DNA of 62,427 nucleotides from Chiloscyllium plagiosum (taxonomy: Eukaryota). Made by a program: the position numbers and the translations under genes. Location of the stretch: positions 9,064,766-9,127,192 of the forward strand of contig NC_057752.1 of NCBI RefSeq assembly GCF_004010195.1. Direction: 5' to 3'. Positions 12,535 to 23,354 of this stretch are shown piece after piece. Under the pieces are notes generated by a model. It made no database searches, was not told the DNA's origin, and saw nothing but the letters and a program-made list of their open reading frames with translations. Numbering within the stretch: the first letter of the stretch is position 1; every line of letters begins with the position of its first letter.

Positions 12535-12688
12535 GGCTCAGCTCCCTGGAGGTGGGAGGGTTGACGCTGTCACAGCTGTCTGCACTGTCACTGCTGGAAA
12601 TGTCATCATCGGATTCCTTGGGTGAAGAACACAATGACGAACCATCCACCTCTTCAAATTTGCGCTTTATGCTGACAGCCATCTCCAT
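12535..12688 (-). CDS. CSRNP2: First coding exon of a cysteine/serine-rich nuclear protein (CSRNP/AXUD1 family), probably CSRNP2
   Basis: Translates MEMAVSIKRKFEEVDGSSLCSSPKESDDDISSSDSADSCDSVNPPTSRELS. This matches the recalled CSRNP N-termini (CSRNP2: KRKF..SDDEISSSDSADSCDSLNPPT; CSRNP3: KRKFEEVDGSSPCSS). Acceptor ttctcttcaacAG| gives exon start 12696. Donor AGCC|GTAAGT after 12535 is phase 1 and would split the Pro of the expected P-x-SILK motif. Family is secure; paralogue is less so. Confidence 0.85.
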
Positions 12689-12784
12689 TTCTTACCCTGT
12701 TGAAGAGAATGAGTACATGACTGGAAACTTCAATTCAGTTATTATTTTGAAAAAGGCACACACCACTGATCATCTCAGTCAACC

Positions 12785-13110
12785 TACATTCCTTCTTTAT
12801 GAAATGAAGCAAAGCCTTGTGAAATGTACTCATTGTTTTGGTGTAGGAGACACAGCAGCCCATTTGCACACAGTACAGTCTCGCAAATGACAAGGAGATA
12901 CAGGAGCATAATCTGTTTTACAGATGTTGATTTTGGAGTAAACATTGATGAGGCCATCAGGAATAACTCCTCTGCTACACTTAAATGACGTTGTGGGATC
13001 TATACAGCCACGTAAGGGGGAAGAGAAGGGCCTCAGTTCCATTTCACATTGGCTGTACCGCCTCCTACTTTGCAATATTCCTTCAGCACGGCACTAAAGT
13101 GTCAGTACTA
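12785..13110 (-). mobile_element. Ancient Deu-domain SINE (SacSINE1/AmnSINE1-like)
   Basis: Minus strand follows the recalled Deu consensus (GTGCTGAAGGAAT..GGAGGCGG..GAGGCCC..GATCCCACAAC..GAGTTATTCCTG..AAACAGATTAT..TGGGCTGCTGTG). Related copies at ~14205-14490(+), 32080-32350(+), 36520-36830(+) and 45515-45915(-). Confidence 0.7.
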
Positions 13111-13883
13111 ATTCATCACTAATGCATTGAACAACAGAAAATGATTTCATCTAAATCAAATCAGAGGCAGATCCTGGACACTTTGGGTAACTTTCATGTA
13201 GTGCTGTTTAGCTTCAGTGCTCCTATATGTGCAAACCCCTCACTTCAGTGGTTTCTCACTGACCGCTGCCAGGAGTGTGAAATATGAACTTTACAAATCA
13301 TTTGTCCTCACCAAATCAAATCAGATGGTGTTTTTTAAAAAAAATCTACTAGTAAATGAGCTTTCCTGACAAATCATACAACACTGGGTCATTGGCTCGG
13401 ATCTCATCCCAACCCCCGCACCAAATATATGGCAGAATCCTTGCTGGGGTACCTGGTTTTTCTCAGGTAGCAGCCCAGCCTAGGTCATTGGTAGGACCCC
13501 TTCCTGGGCAATGGTGACTCCTCCCAGCAGCATGTTAAGCTCCTCATTGTGCAGGGACAAACAAGAGATGGTAAGCTATGATGCTCGTCTTCTGTTTGTC
13601 CTAGGCCACATTGCACACCAGCTCGAGACCCTGCGTTCAGGTACTGGAAGGTGGCAGCAGGGAAAGGGGGTGACCTAACCCCGACCCACGGGGCATAGTG
13701 CTTCTTGCATAGCAGGGATTTCATGCAGCTGACTGGGAACCAGAGTTCAGCTCAGGAGAAGCAGGTCTTGGTGTCGGTGAGCCCTATTCCTCCAGTTTTA
13801 CTGCAATTGGACATTCTTTCCTTCCCCTTAAAACCTTCCCTGACCACCAGGAGAATTACTCAGTACTAGCAAGTCACCTACTC

Positions 13884-14135
13884 GGATAACACCAAAAGTG
13901 GAGGTGTAGTGGACAGTGAAGGTTACCTTGGAGTACAATGGGATCTTGATCAGATGGGCCAAAGGGCTGAGGAGTGGCAGGTGGAATTTAATGTAAAAGG
14001 CATCTGGACGGGTACACGTATAGGAATGGTTTAGTGTGATATGGGCCAAATGCTAGCAAGTGGGACTAATTTATTTAGGATATCTGGTCATCCTGGACGA
14101 GTTGGATTGAAGGGTCTGTTTCCATGCTGTACATC
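13884..14135 (+). mobile_element. Internally deleted HER1/CR1 fragment
   Basis: The DTK..GGVVDSE segment is fused directly to the 3' UTR. Confidence 0.8.
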
Positions 14136-14534
14136 ATTTTTATCTCTTTCTCATTCATCTTCCATTTTCACTCCCACCCCCAAAATAAATCAGGAACTCC
14201 GTTCCATCTCACAGTATCAGCTAGGCTCAGAGTGGGACATCCTGCCAACCAGGAGGTTGTGGATTCCAGCCAAAATCGATGTAATTGAGGCTGACAATTC
14301 AGTGCAATTTACAGGGTGTGCTGCACTTTCAAAAATGACATTTTTTGACAAGACATTAAACCAAGTTTACTTATTCTGGCAGGATTAAGAGAGATTGCAT
14401 AACATATTTGAATGGGAGTCATTGTCCTCGTCAGTATTCATCATTCAACTAAATATCATAAAACACAGACAAACGGATTGTGATCACCACAACAATAATG
14501 AGATAAGTACCACCACTCTGCCTCAATGATGACG

Positions 14535-15335
14535 CATCACTGGCTGGGCTAGCATTTATTGCTCATCCTAAATTGTCCTCGAGTAAGTGGTGAGCTTCCT
14601 TCTCGAACTGCTGCAGTCCTCAAGATGTAGGTACGCCCACAGATTTTGTTAGGGAGGGAGTTCCAGGATATTTATCCAGTGGGAGAGATATTTCCAAGTC
14701 AGAATGAAGTGTGGTTTGGAGAGAAATTTCCAGGTGGTGGTATTCCTGTGTAGCTGCTGTCCTTGTCCTTTTAGATAGTAGAGATTATGGGTTTCAAAAG
14801 TTGCTGAAGAAGCTTTGATGTATTTCAGCATCAGTAGGTACACACTGCTAAGTGTTGGTGGTACAGGGACTGAATATTTGTGGATGTAGTGCCAGTCAAA
14901 TGGGCCGCTTTGTCCTGAATGGTGTCAATCTTCTTGAGTGTCATTGGAGTTGCACTCATTCAGGCAAGTGGGGAGTGGTTTGTCACACTCCTGACCTGTG
15001 CTTTGTAGATGGTGGATCGGCATTGGGGAGTCAGGTGGTGAGTTACATGCTGCAGTATTGTGAGCCTCTGACCTGCTCTTGTAGCTACTATAAATTATAT
15101 GGCTAGTCCAGGTCAGTTTCTAGTCAATAATAATCCCCAATATGCTGACAGTGGAGGATTTAGTGACGGTGGTACCATTGAATGTTAAGAGTAAAGGTTA
15201 GATTCTCTCTTGTTGGAGATAATTATTGCCTGGCACTTGTGCAGTGCAAATGTTACTTGCCACTTGTCAGCCAAAAGATAAATATTGTTCTAGTCTTGCG
15301 ACATTTTAACATGGACTGCTGTAGTATCTGAGGAA
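14535..15335 (-). mobile_element. Old LINE, 3' part; continues at 22115-22990 beyond the Gypsy insertion
   Basis: Joining 15335 to 22119 restores a sequence collinear with the uninterrupted copy at ~50070-50430 (QGIILCPI..FINDVPSFIRSEVGMFA). Related pieces at 24480-24680, 48640-48930 and 52555-53140. Confidence 0.75.
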
Positions 15336-16030
15336 TGTTACAACATGGGGTAACCCCCCCCGCCCCGCTAATTTAAATCAGCAACACAAATGATTTACCC
15401 TGTGCAGTAAGCTGGAAAAATTCAAAAGGCCAAGAGCTATCCCAAAGTCACTATTTAAAGGAAGAAGTAACAACTTTATTTTTAAAAGTCTAACAGAGAA
15501 TAAATTAACTAACAACTATTTACAACTCCTTTCTCCTTCCTTCCCCTTCTACAATACTGGTCCGATAAAACTCCCGATTAAGATTTTATCAAAAAATTCA
15601 AATTTCAAAACCAGGCAGCTGTCGAATCTTCTCTTTGTATCTTCCTCGGTCTTTTCTTCTTCTTCTTAGAAAAGATGTTTCACAGGTCTTTGATAGATAA
15701 AGGTACCTTTAAGAGAGCTGTGTTTCAGACAGTCTGTACATGCTGGTGGCTAGGCATTTCTCCCTCAACTGTTCAATTGGTTTTTGGGTTTTATACCCCA
15801 AAGCATCAGATCATTTCATTAGTATTTTGACAATAAATTCAAACTTGATTGGCGTTTAGTATTTGGGGGAATAATTTAAACTGATTGGCTGAATTTGAAT
15901 TTGTTTTGTCTCATAGCAACCCAAATTCTGTTTGCTGCTGGATAATGTTACATTGTAAATTTTCCAGTACTCTGTTCTTGCTAAGTCCTTCAGCTCTCAA
16001 AGGTACACTACCCCTTACACCTTCATAACA
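15336..16030 (-). repeat. 3' LTR of the Gypsy element
   Basis: TGTT...AACA ends. Minus-strand CCAAT, GTATAAAA (15796-15789) and AATAAA (15480-15475). Preceded by the PPT. Confidence 0.93.
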
Positions 16031-16040
16031 CCCTCTTCCT
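16031..16040 (-). other. Polypurine tract
   Basis: AGGAAGAGGG immediately abuts the TG of the 3' LTR on the minus strand. Confidence 0.85.
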
Positions 16041-16200
16041 TAAGAGGAAATGAACCATCATAATGAAAAGATGGCTTCATTTTTTTTTCTATTCTTTAAA
16101 CACATCACCATAACATACAGATAACTTTAATCTAAGTTCACCTTAACTTCTTCCCATATAGACAACATTGGATAAGTACAAATCTCATCTAAACTTTCAG

Positions 16201-19200
16201 TTAAATCTGCGATAATGCATCTGCAATTACATTCTTATGACCCACAACATGTATGATTTTTAAATTAAAAGTCTGTAAGATAAGACAAAATAATCTCATA
16301 TTCTTGCTTTTAAAGCATTTTAAGAATGTAAGAGGATTGTGATCTGTGTACACAACCGTCTGCAACACACTGTTGGTGACATACAACATCTTAATGTTGT
16401 GAGGCCAGTACCAAAATCAATAGTTCTTTTTTGATTGTGCAGTATTTCTTCTGGCGGATATTGAACTTCATCGAAAAGTAACCCACTGGCAGTTCAATCC
16501 CATCCTCACTTCCTGTAACAGTCCAGCTCCAACTCCTATGTCACTAGCATCAATGGAGACTTTGAAAAAGTTTGGTGTAGCTAAAACTGGGTTGGTGGTT
16601 AATATTGTTTTCAAATGGTTAAATGCCTCCTGGCATTGTTCTGTCCACCAAAACTTTGTTCTTCTTCAGCAAATCAGTTAATGGTGCCATTACACTGCTG
16701 ATGTTTGGAACAAACTTCTGATAGGACCCGCCTAGTCCCAAGAATTGAAGTACCTCTTTCTTTGAGGTTGGTCGTGGAAATTCCTCGATAGCCTTCGTCT
16801 TTGTGTTCTGTGGGGTCACCCTTCCATGACTGATAATGTCCCAAGAACGTCACTTCTGCTTTCGCAAATTCAGTTTTAAGTTTATTACCAGCTTTGCTTC
16901 TTGTAGTCGTTCAAAGAGCTCTGCCAACTGTACCATGTGATCTTTCCAGGACTTAAAGATCACTACATCATCCAAATAGACTGCAGAGTTTGTTAACCCA
17001 GCCACAATTCTGTTCATCAGTCTTTGGAATGTGGCTGGCGCATTCTTACTTCCAAAGGGTATCACTTTACATTGATATAGCCCATTTGGGGTTACAAACG
17101 CAGAAATTTCTTTCGCCGTCTCTGATAAAGGTACCTGCCGGTAATGACGCATTAAGTCCAACTTGGTGGTGTAACTGGCTCATCCAACTTTCTCGATAGT
17201 TTTCTAATCTGAATTGGATAGGAGTCCAATTTTGTAATGGCGTTGACCTTCCGATAATCCACGCAGAATCATGGAGTCCCATCCGGTTTGGGAACTAAAA
17301 CGATTGGCAAACTCCACTCACTCTGGCTCGGTTCGATGATATCCTCCTTGAGCATGGCCTCCATCTCCTTCTGGACCTGTCTGGCTTTGAAACAATTAAG
17401 CCGCTAGGGGTGTTGTTTTGTCGGAGCAGTATTCCCTATGTCTACTTCATGTACAATAGCATTTGTCCTCTGATTCTTACATATGTCCTTATACTGCAGT
17501 AACAAATCTTTCAACTGCATTCTATGCTCCTGAGACAGGTAGCTTACTAACCTATCCCACTCCTCAAGGACTTCTTCACTTTTAATCTATTTTGAGGCAC
17601 ATCAAAATCCATATCATCTGGATTTGATTCCTCACTCTGTAGGGTAGTGACTTACACTCGTTTCTCCAGTTCTTTCTAGCATAATACAGTTTTAACATGT
17701 TCACATGACATACCAGAGACTTTTTTTCTATCTGACATCTTTACTAAATAGTTCACCTGACTCAACTTTTTCTCAATTTGATAAGGACCACTAAACCTGG
17801 CTTTGAAGGGATCTCCTATCACTGGTAACAATACTAACATGTTGTCCTCTCGGGAAAACATCACAAGAGTCTCAGAGCTTTTATCTGCCACCCTATTCAT
17901 TCTATACTGTGCCCTCTTTAGGTGCTGTTTAGCTAACTCACCTCCTCTATTTAATCTCTCCCTCACCTCCGATACATAATCCAAGTGTGAGACCTCTGAC
18001 TTTGGTCCTGTCAATTTTTCTTTTATCAATTTCAAAAGACTCCTCACTTCATGCACGAATATTAACTCGAAGGGAGTAAACTGAGTAGCTTCATTTGGGG
18101 CATCTCTAATGGCAAACAATATGAATGGGATAGCTTTATCCCAATCATTCGGGTAATCCTGATAGTATGCTCTCAGCATGGTCTTCAAGGTCTGATGCCA
18201 CCTTTCTAAAGCTCCCTGGGATTCAGGATGATACCCACTGGATTTAAACTGCTGTATACCGAAGCTATCCATAACCTCCTTAAAACAGCCTAGCAGTAAA
18301 ATTTGACCCTTGGTCTGACTGAATCTCTCTGGGTAGCCCATACCGTGTGAAGAAAACTACTAACTCCTCTACCACCCTTTTGCCTCGATACTCCGTCATG
18401 GAATTGCTTCTGGAAATCTGGAAGACACATCCATTATGGTTAACAAGTACTGGTTGCCACTTTTAGTTCTTGGGAGGGGATCTACACAATCAATTATAAC
18501 CCACGGGAAAGGTTCTTCGAATACGGGAATTGACAACAAAGGGGCTGGTTTTATGTGGCTTACCTACCATTTGGCATATATGACACATACAGCAAAAATC
18601 AACCTTGTGCGTTCCAGGCCAATAAGATTATTTTTATACTTTAGCTGGAGTCTTTCGAACCTGTAGGTGATCTCCTACAGGTAGTTCATGTACTATCTCT
18701 AACACCACCTACCTGTATACTACCGACAACACAATCTGGTGCACTTTGGCCCATTTCTCCTCTGCACTAACCTGCCGTGGTCTCGATTTCCATCTTAGAA
18801 TTCTATCTTTCAGATAATAACCCTTAGGAACATTTTCTGCCTCCTTTTCGGAGTACAAATCATATATACAGAGGAACCTTGATTATCCGAACAAGATGGA
18901 CGGGCACAATTTCGTTCAGATAATCGATTATTTGCTTAATTGTTTCAATGCCTTTCCTCTGGGGCTCAGTTTTCTGTTAAGTTCACTCCCTGTCAGGAGA
19001 CCAGGCAGCAGTACACCATGGGCGAGCCCTCGCCCCCATCCCGCCACCCCCTCCCCAAAAAGATGTACAGGACAATGTCGGAGAGATTATCTGGGGGGGG
19101 GGGGGGGGGAGAGGTTAGGGTACACCCCTGTGTAGTCCTCCAGGAAAAGTGTGGGGAGAGAAAGGGGGCAGGAGGTCAGTCACTTGGAGATGGTGCCTGG

Positions 19201-21205
19201 GCTCCCATTAGTTCAGGACGGTTCTCGGCAGCATTTCAGTAAGCTGAGTTCACTTTTAATCACTGTAAACAAAAGACATGATCAGTGTTCGAAACATGTC
19301 TTTGATGTAATGTTTCTATCAGGACCTCGAGATCTGCTTCGGATAATCCGATATTCAGATAATTGATATTTGGATAATCGAGGTTCCTCTGTATATCTTT
19401 TAGCATTTTGTCTTGCTGTTGCAAGTCCCTTAGCCTTTCAGGATTAAGCACTTTGCCTGTTCAGGTTTTTCCTGCACCATTACATCAAACAGGGTGTCTG
19501 CTAACTGAACCTCAACTCTTTCATCTTTCTCTTTAGCTTTTGCTTCATGCTGTGACTTATGATAGTGGGATCTGGTTACTACACAGTCTGGGAAATTTTC
19601 AGGATATTTCTCTTAACTCCTCAGTTCCCTGGTCTTCCTTGACCTTCTCCACAACAAAGGGGTGTCACTCCCACCTTGGATCATCCTTCCTAAGAATAAA
19701 ATGAATTCCTGGAACTGGCACTCTATCACTCCCACTGGTACTCTCCCAGTCTTGAGTTGGCATTCCAACCTGATCTTACATAGGGGAACACTAAATTTCA
19801 GTCCACCTGTACCAAAGATTACCACATTCTTGGGTAACAGATCAGAAAGAGTACATATTCACTCATCCCTTATTATCAGCGACTGGTTAGATCCTGTATC
19901 TCTCAAAATTATAACTTCTTGCCCTTCTCTCCACAGAAGTGAATTCTTTGTAGAGATCAGTTACTAACTCCATACCCAGCCCCTGCCTAGACTGTGCACT
20001 CCCCTGCAGCTCCTCGGTTCTTTTTGGGGTCTCCTTTATTATCTTCACTAATGCCACTGGCTTAGCTTCATTTACCACATCTTTTTCCACAGTGCCTTTC
20101 TTTAACGGCCAGCACTATGAGTTTACATGTCCCACTCTATCACAGTAGTAGCACTTGAGGCCTTTCACTTCCTTTCCACCCTCTTGAGCATCTTTAACCT
20201 GTGGTAAACATTTACCAGTGCTTTCTCCTCTCTGTTTCGTAGTGTAGGATCTGCCTTTCTCCCAACTTCTATCCCTCACAGGATGAAATTCTGGCCGGAA
20301 TCTTCTCTTATGCACTAAGATGTATTCATCTGCTAAATCTGTTCCCCTTTTCACTTCCTGAACTTCCTGTTCCTCCACGTGAATTCCTACCATCTCTGGA
20401 AGTGAGTTTTTAAACTCCAACAGAATAGTGTCTTTTAGAGCCTCATAAGATCCTATTTATTTTTAAAGCACGCACCCATCTATCAAAATGACCATGTTTA
20501 ATTCTTTCAAACTCAACATAAGTGTGACCTGGTTCTTCTTTATGTTACTGAACCGCTGTCTATATGCATCTGGTACCAATTTATAAGCACTTAAAATAGC
20601 CTGTTTAACCTCTTCATAATCTCTTGACCCCTCATCTGACAGCACAGCAAATACCTCACTAGCTCTGCCTACCAGTTTAGTCTGAACTAGCATTACCCAT
20701 AAATCTTCGGACCATTCCATCTGCCTTGCCAATTTTTCAAAATGATGTAAAGAAGGCTTCAACATCTTTCTCATCAAAATATGGCAGAGTTTTGACATAT
20801 TTGTATACATCGCTACCTTCTCTTTTAATCTCCATCCTGTTAACCTAATTTTGCTGACTAAGTCGCAACTTCAAGTTCAAATTCTCTCTTTTTGTCTCTC
20901 CCTTTCTTCTGTCTCTCTCTTTGCTCAGCTAAGAACCTCTCTCTCTTTCCTCATCTCCTAACTCCATTTTCCTCAATTGTAATTTAAAGTTTTTCTACGT
21001 CTACTGCACTTGTCTGTTTTTCTGATACAAAGTGTTTGAGTAATTCCCTTACAATTTCAGCTTTACTTTTGTCCTTGATTAAACCCAAATCTAACTTGTT
21101 TGCTAATTCTAAAAGTATGGCCTTTTTGTTTCCTTCTAAACTTTCTTGGCAAATTTGAGAATAATCTTCAAACCCCAGAACCTCTTTAGCAATTTTAAGA
21201 GCCAT
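16201..21205 (-). pseudogene. Disrupted gag-pol polyprotein of the Gypsy element
   Basis: SCAN-like capsid (FEKLARQMEWSEDLW...DYEEVKQAIL...AYRQRF, ~20480-20790). Zn knuckle CYYCDRVGH (~20130). Protease LRDTGS (19889-19906). Integrase (IDCVDPLP, SDQG, YHPESQGALER, GPY; ~17750-18700). RT (PFGSKNAPATFQR, YLDD ~16975). RNase H (DAS, TDHNPL, ADALS; 16201-16560). Many frameshifts. Confidence 0.92.
18869..19391. mobile_element. Non-autonomous Tc1/mariner (pogo/Tigger-like) MITE inserted in the Gypsy pol
   Basis: TIRs CAGAGGAACCTTGATTATCCGAA ... TTGGATAATCGAGGTTCCTCTG with TA on both sides, subterminal GATAAT repeats, and no transposase. Confidence 0.9.
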
Positions 21206-21365
21206 TTCTCTCACTTTTAAATTTAATCAACCACAAGGCACCAAAATTAAACAAACTGTCTCACCTCCGTTTTATTTAAAGATCTAGGACGCTAATCTGC
21301 AAGTATTTAAATCTGCTAGGACTTTGTGCCCCCAAATCTATTCAAATCTGTCTAAACCAGTTCAA

Positions 21366-21385
21366 ATCTCAGATGAAAGCCCCCA
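21366..21385 (-). other. Primer binding site, decayed tRNA-Pro type
   Basis: TGGGGGCTTTCATCTGAGAT versus the canonical Pro PBS TGGGGGCTCGTCCGGGAT. Two differences are CpG-type transitions. Lies 5 nt from the 5' LTR. Confidence 0.75.
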
Positions 21386-21390
21386 AAAAG

Positions 21391-22114
21391 TATTATGACA
21401 TGGGGTAAAACCTTCCCCCCCCCCCCAGCTAATTTACACCAGCAACACAAATGATTTACCCCGTGCAGTAATCTGTGAAAGATCGAGAGGCCAAGAACTA
21501 TGCCAAAGTCACTATTTTAAAAAAAGTTGTTACATTTTCCTTTAAAGCCTAACAGAGAATAAATTAACTAACAACTATTGACAACTCCTTTCTCTAACCT
21601 ATCTTTTACTTTCCCCTTCTATAATACTGGTCCAATAAAACCCCCGATTAAGATTTTACCAAAACAATTCAAATTTCAAAACCAGGCAGCTCTCAAATCT
21701 TCTTTGTATTTTCCTCTGTCTCCTTTTCTTCTTCCTCTTTGGAATTATGTTTCACAAGTAGCTAATAGATAAAGGTACCTTTAAGAGAGCGGTGTTTCAG
21801 GCAGTCTGTACACGCTGGTGGCTAGGCAGTTCTCCCTCAACTGTTCAATTGTTTTTTTTTTGGTTTTATACCCCAAAGTATCAGATTGTTTCATTAGTGT
21901 TAATATTGTCAAAATCCTAAATTCAAACTTGATTAGAGTTTGGTATTTTGGGGCATAATTTAAACTGATTGGCCGAATTTGAATTTGTTTTGTCTCATAG
22001 CAATCCAGGTACTGCTAGCTGCTGGACCAAATGTTACATTGTAAATTCTCCAGCACTCTTGCTAAGTCCTTCAACTCTCTTAAAAGGTACAGTACCCCTT
22101 ACACCTGCATAACA
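21391..22114 (-). repeat. 5' LTR of the Gypsy element
   Basis: Aligns along its length with 15336-16030. Minus strand starts TGTTATG and ends CATAATA (terminal CA decayed). Followed by the PBS. Confidence 0.93.
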
Positions 22115-22990
22115 GGAGTCACAAATCGTGCTGAACATGGTTGCTGATGATTGCATAGTCCCACTTCCGACCTTATGATAGAGGTCATTGATGAAGCAGC
22201 TGAAGATGCTTTGGCCAAGGATACTACCCCGAGGAGCTTACACAAAGATGTCCTGGAGCTGAGATGACTCACCAACAACCAGAACTACATTTTGTGCAAT
22301 GTTTATGAGGCTCCCCCCGCCGACTCTCATGGACTCCAGTTTTGCTAGGGTTCCTTGATACCACACTTGGTCAAACATGACCTCGAATGTCGAGTATAGT
22401 CAATCTGCCCTCACATCAGAGGCCCTGTTGGAACCCAAACTGGGCATCAGTGAGCAGCTGCTGCTTTATGGCACTGTTGATGACACCCACCATCACTTTA
22501 CATCTAATCACAAGTGAATTGATGGGGTGGTAACTGGCTGCATTGGATTTGGCCTGACTGTACAGGAAATATCTGGGCATGTTTCAGATAGTACTGGGTA
22601 GATGCCGGTGTTGTAGTTGTACTGCAACAATTTGGCTAGAGGCATGGCAGTTCTGGAGCACAAGTCTTCTATAGTATTGTTGGAATATTGTTAGGGCCCA
22701 TAGCCTTGGCTTATCCAATGCCTTTAATGCCTCCTGAATGCTTAGTATTGAATTGCTAGATCTGTTCAAAATCAATTATGTTTACCACACAGTGATAGCG
22801 CCACACAACACTACATCCTCAATGTAAAGACAGGATGTTGCCTCCATAAGAAATGCATGGTGGTCACTACAATTGACGCTGCCATGGACAAATGCAACAG
22901 CAGAAGACAGATTACAGAGGATGAGGTCAAGTATGCTTTTCCCTCTTATTGGTTCCCTTGTCACCCTCAGCACATCCAAATGGCACTTAA
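22115..22990 (-). mobile_element. Old LINE, 5' continuation (endonuclease/RT remnants)
   Basis: RGKSILDLIL...SDHH AP-endonuclease motifs and RT remnants. Confidence 0.75.
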
Positions 22991-23042
22991 CATGGAATAC
23001 CAATGATTCATATTTTGGGCTGGGAGGAGGCAGTACATGGTG

Positions 23043-23354
23043 GGTGGCACAGTGGTTAGCACTGCTGCCTCACAGCACCAGGGTCCCAGGTTAGATTCCA
23101 GCCTCAGGTGACTATCTGTGTGGAGTTTGCACATTCTGCCCGTGTCTACGTGGGTTTCCTCCGGGTACTCCAGTTTCCTCCCACAGTCCAAAGATGTGCA
23201 GGTCAGGTGAATTGGCCGTGCTAAATTGCCCATAGTGCAAGGTTTATTAGTCAGAGGGAAATGGTTCTGGGTAGGTTACTGTTCGGAGGGTTGGTGTGGA
23301 CTGGTTGGGCCGAAGGGCCTGTTTCCACACTGTAGGGAATCTAATCTAATCTAA
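23043..23354 (+). mobile_element. HE1-type SINE
   Basis: A box TGGCACAGTGG, B-box variant and (AATCT)3 tail. Confidence 0.92.

Larger units (their letters stand above)
15336..22114 (-). mobile_element. Full-length decayed Ty3/Gypsy LTR retrotransposon, Gmr1-like (gag-PR-INT-RT-RH)
   Basis: Two ~700 bp direct LTRs, PBS, PPT and a 4-bp TSD (GGAA/GGAG). The internal gag-pol is frameshifted but all domains are recognisable. Confidence 0.95.

Noticed and set aside
23043..23110. tRNA gene (A and B boxes)
   Set aside because: It is the head of an HE1-type SINE and continues into the SINE body and tail. The same applies to the other copies.
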